This document shows, one piece after another, positions 13,212 through 14,526 of a stretch of 14,526 bases of DNA (its first letter is position 1; every line of letters begins with the position of its first letter). The position numbers and the translations under genes were made by a program. The notes beneath the pieces are model-generated. The model was given only the letters and a program-made list of their open reading frames with translations, was not told the origin of the DNA and ran no database searches. Source of the stretch: Candidatus Nanopusillus sp. (GTDB lineage: Archaea; Nanobdellota; Nanobdellia; Nanobdellales; Nanobdellaceae); the NCBI GenBank assembly GCA_046533775.1, contig JAWDOO010000011.1, forward strand, positions 1 to 14,526, given 5' to 3'.

Positions 13212-14526
13212 GCTCTTCCAATTCCAAATCTTTTTAATAATATCTTTATATTATCATTTACTAAAAATATAAAGAATAAACTATACAATACTACAAATAA
13301 ATAATAGTAAAGATTTATTGGAACAATTATTCCAAATCCAAATAATGAGATTAAACTTGCAATTATCAATCCTGCAATTGTAGATGTTAAGAAAGATTTA
13401 CTAGGCTTTGATTTATAAAATCTGTCTTTTTCTCTAAATACATATGGCATTAATAAACCAAAATATGTTATTGCTATAAAGAATAAAGAATGTAAAAGAT
13501 GAACATTATCTATCTTAAATATATTTAATGCTATATATAATAATAAAGCCATTTCAGAAAATGTAAATATACCCATTGTACCTGCATATTTTACTAATTT
13601 TAATATATTCCATTTTTCAGGATATTGAGATCCTCTTTCATTATCTACAGATAATGCTATTGTTTGAAAATCTATAATAAAGAAAAATAATAATACATCT
13701 GTAGATGATAAAATATACAATGGATTATGGTAAAAAATAGTTGTAAATAAAAACACTGATAAAACAAATACTGCAATTTCTATTGTTTTATTTATTTTTG
13801 TTAATATCCATGTAACAACTCTCTGATATACAGATCTCCCAATTGTAACTAAATCTACAATGCCTCTTAAACCTTCTACTGTTAATACAACAGAAGCTGC
13901 AGACTTTGCAACATCTGTTGCATTATATACTGCTATACCAACTTCTGCTTGTTTTAATGATGGAGAATCATTTACACCATCTCCAGTCATTCCAACAATT
14001 TCTTTTTTATCTTGTAAATTTTTTACAATATAATATTTATCCTCAGGATATATTTCTGCAAATATTTCAGATTCATTAATTAATTTCCTTGCTTTATCCG
14101 GATCACTTTTTAATAATTCTCTTAATTCATTTCCAGATACTGCTTTATTATAATCTAATCCAATTTCTTTTCCAATTTCTTTTGCAATTGGTAATGAATC
14201 TCCAGTTAACATTTTTACTTTTATTCCTAAATCTTTTAACTTTTTAATTAATTCTGGAGTATCTTTTCTTGGAACATCATATAATGCAACAAGACCAACA
14301 GGTTCCCATCTATTATTATTATTTATTGCAACTGCTAAAGTTCTATAACCTCTTGATGCAAAATCTTCAACTATTTTTGATACTTCTTCTGGTATATTTA
14401 TTTTGCATAAATCATTAAATATAATATTTACTGCACCTTTTGATACATAAAATACTTTATCTTTATATAATACTTTTGCTTCTGTTCTTCTAGTAGAAGG
14501 ATCAAATGGCTTAAATTCTAATATTC
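13208..14526 (-). CDS. P-type ATPase, P3A (plasma-membrane H+-ATPase/PMA-like) subfamily; 5'-truncated by the window edge
   Basis: The ORF track starts at the internal Met at 14212. My hand translation of 14213-14526 on the minus strand has no stop: ...ILEFKPFDPSTRRTEAKVLYKDKVFYVSKGAVNIIFNDLCKINIPEEVSKIVEDFASRGYRTLAVAINNNNRWEPVGLVALYDVPRKDTPELIKKLKDLGIKVKMLTGD. Motifs: KGA, DVPR (DPPR equivalent), MLTGDSLPIAKEIGKEIGL, GDGVNDSPSLKQAEVGIAV and four C-terminal TM segments. The TGD and GDGVND flanks closely resemble fungal/plant PMA1/AHA. The DKTGT phosphorylation site lies beyond the window. Confidence 0.8.
   Translation of the reverse strand, partial: ILEFKPFDPSTRRTEAKVLYKDKVFYVSKGAVNIIFNDLCKINIPEEVSKIVEDFASRGYRTLAVAINNNNRWEPVGLVALYDVPRKDTPELIKKLKDLGIKVKMLTGDSLPIAKEIGKEIGLDYNKAVSGNELRELLKSDPDKARKLINESEIFAEIYPEDKYYIVKNLQDKKEIVGMTGDGVNDSPSLKQAEVGIAVYNATDVAKSAASVVLTVEGLRGIVDLVTIGRSVYQRVVTWILTKINKTIEIAVFVLSVFLFTTIFYHNPLYILSSTDVLLFFFIIDFQTIALSVDNERGSQYPEKWNILKLVKYAGTMGIFTFSEMALLLYIALNIFKIDNVHLLHSLFFIAITYFGLLMPYVFREKDRFYKSKPSKSFLTSTIAGLIIASLISLFGFGIIVPINLYYYLFVVLYSLFFIFLVNDNIKILLKRFGIGRA

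Noticed and set aside
14310-14324. (TAT/ATT)n trinucleotide run encoding poly-Asn (NNNN) in the P-type ATPase
   Set aside because: It is short, in frame, and located in a loop that varies in length among P3A pumps. This is ordinary for an Asn-rich AT-biased proteome, and I see no evidence of phase variation.
1-14526. Search for CRISPR arrays, IS or terminal inverted repeats, integrase genes, and a duplicated tRNA 3' half (att site) that would mark an integrated element at tRNA-Ile
   Set aside because: By eye I found no regularly spaced direct repeats, no transposase or integrase-like ORFs, and no second GC-rich fragment matching the tRNA. I could not run exhaustive repeat detection, so short AT-rich repeats may have been missed.
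1-14526. C/D-box sRNA candidates (RUGAUGA...CUGA)
   Set aside because: Every TGATGA/TCATCA occurrence I found (e.g. near 3192, 6104, 12155, 535, 2590, 9372) lies inside a well-supported CDS. None has a suitably spaced CUGA box in a non-coding context.

Overview
This is a compact, extremely AT-rich archaeal chromosomal segment, roughly 20-25% GC by eye (not computed). It holds 13 protein genes and one tRNA, with very short or overlapping gene junctions. Recognisable products, in order:
- SF2 helicase with a C-terminal DUF1998/MrfA-type zinc domain (5-2605, -)
- ATP-dependent DNA ligase, divergent from the helicase (2645-4312, +)
- tRNA-Ile(GAU) (4325-4397, -)
- A tightly overlapped plus-strand run (4449-8177): membrane protein, archaeal MBF1, VTT/DedA-like membrane protein, DUF99/EndoV-like protein, SecD-like protein
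- Endonuclease IV-like TIM-barrel protein, TrmI tRNA m1A methyltransferase and a MarC-family membrane protein (all -)
- A small orphan protein with an HExxH motif (+)
- Class II lysyl-tRNA synthetase (+)
- The C-terminal two thirds of a PMA-like (P3A) proton P-type ATPase, which runs off the right edge (-)

The archaeal call rests on the zinc-ribbon MBF1, DUF99, the LigI-type ligase and TATA-type promoter spacing. The tRNA is about 75% GC with almost entirely G-C stems in this AT-rich background, which suggests a (hyper)thermophile with a reduced genome, possibly Nanoarchaeota/DPANN-like. That lineage assignment is a guess.

I see no CRISPR array, IS element, integrase or obvious defence island, so most of the window is housekeeping. 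The best leads are:
1. A perfectly palindromic TATA box placed equidistantly between the tRNA 5' end and a divergent gene. This is consistent with leaderless, possibly RNase P-independent tRNA transcription.
2. The helicase/ligase pair, head to head across only 39 bp.
3. The one long spacer (10605-11044), which holds a well-promoted 32-codon ORF continuing out of frame into a hydrophobic reading frame, followed by the HExxH orphan with a TTG start.
4. Two minority or patchily distributed enzyme types for an archaeon, class II LysRS and a P3A H+-ATPase, meeting in overlapping stop codons.
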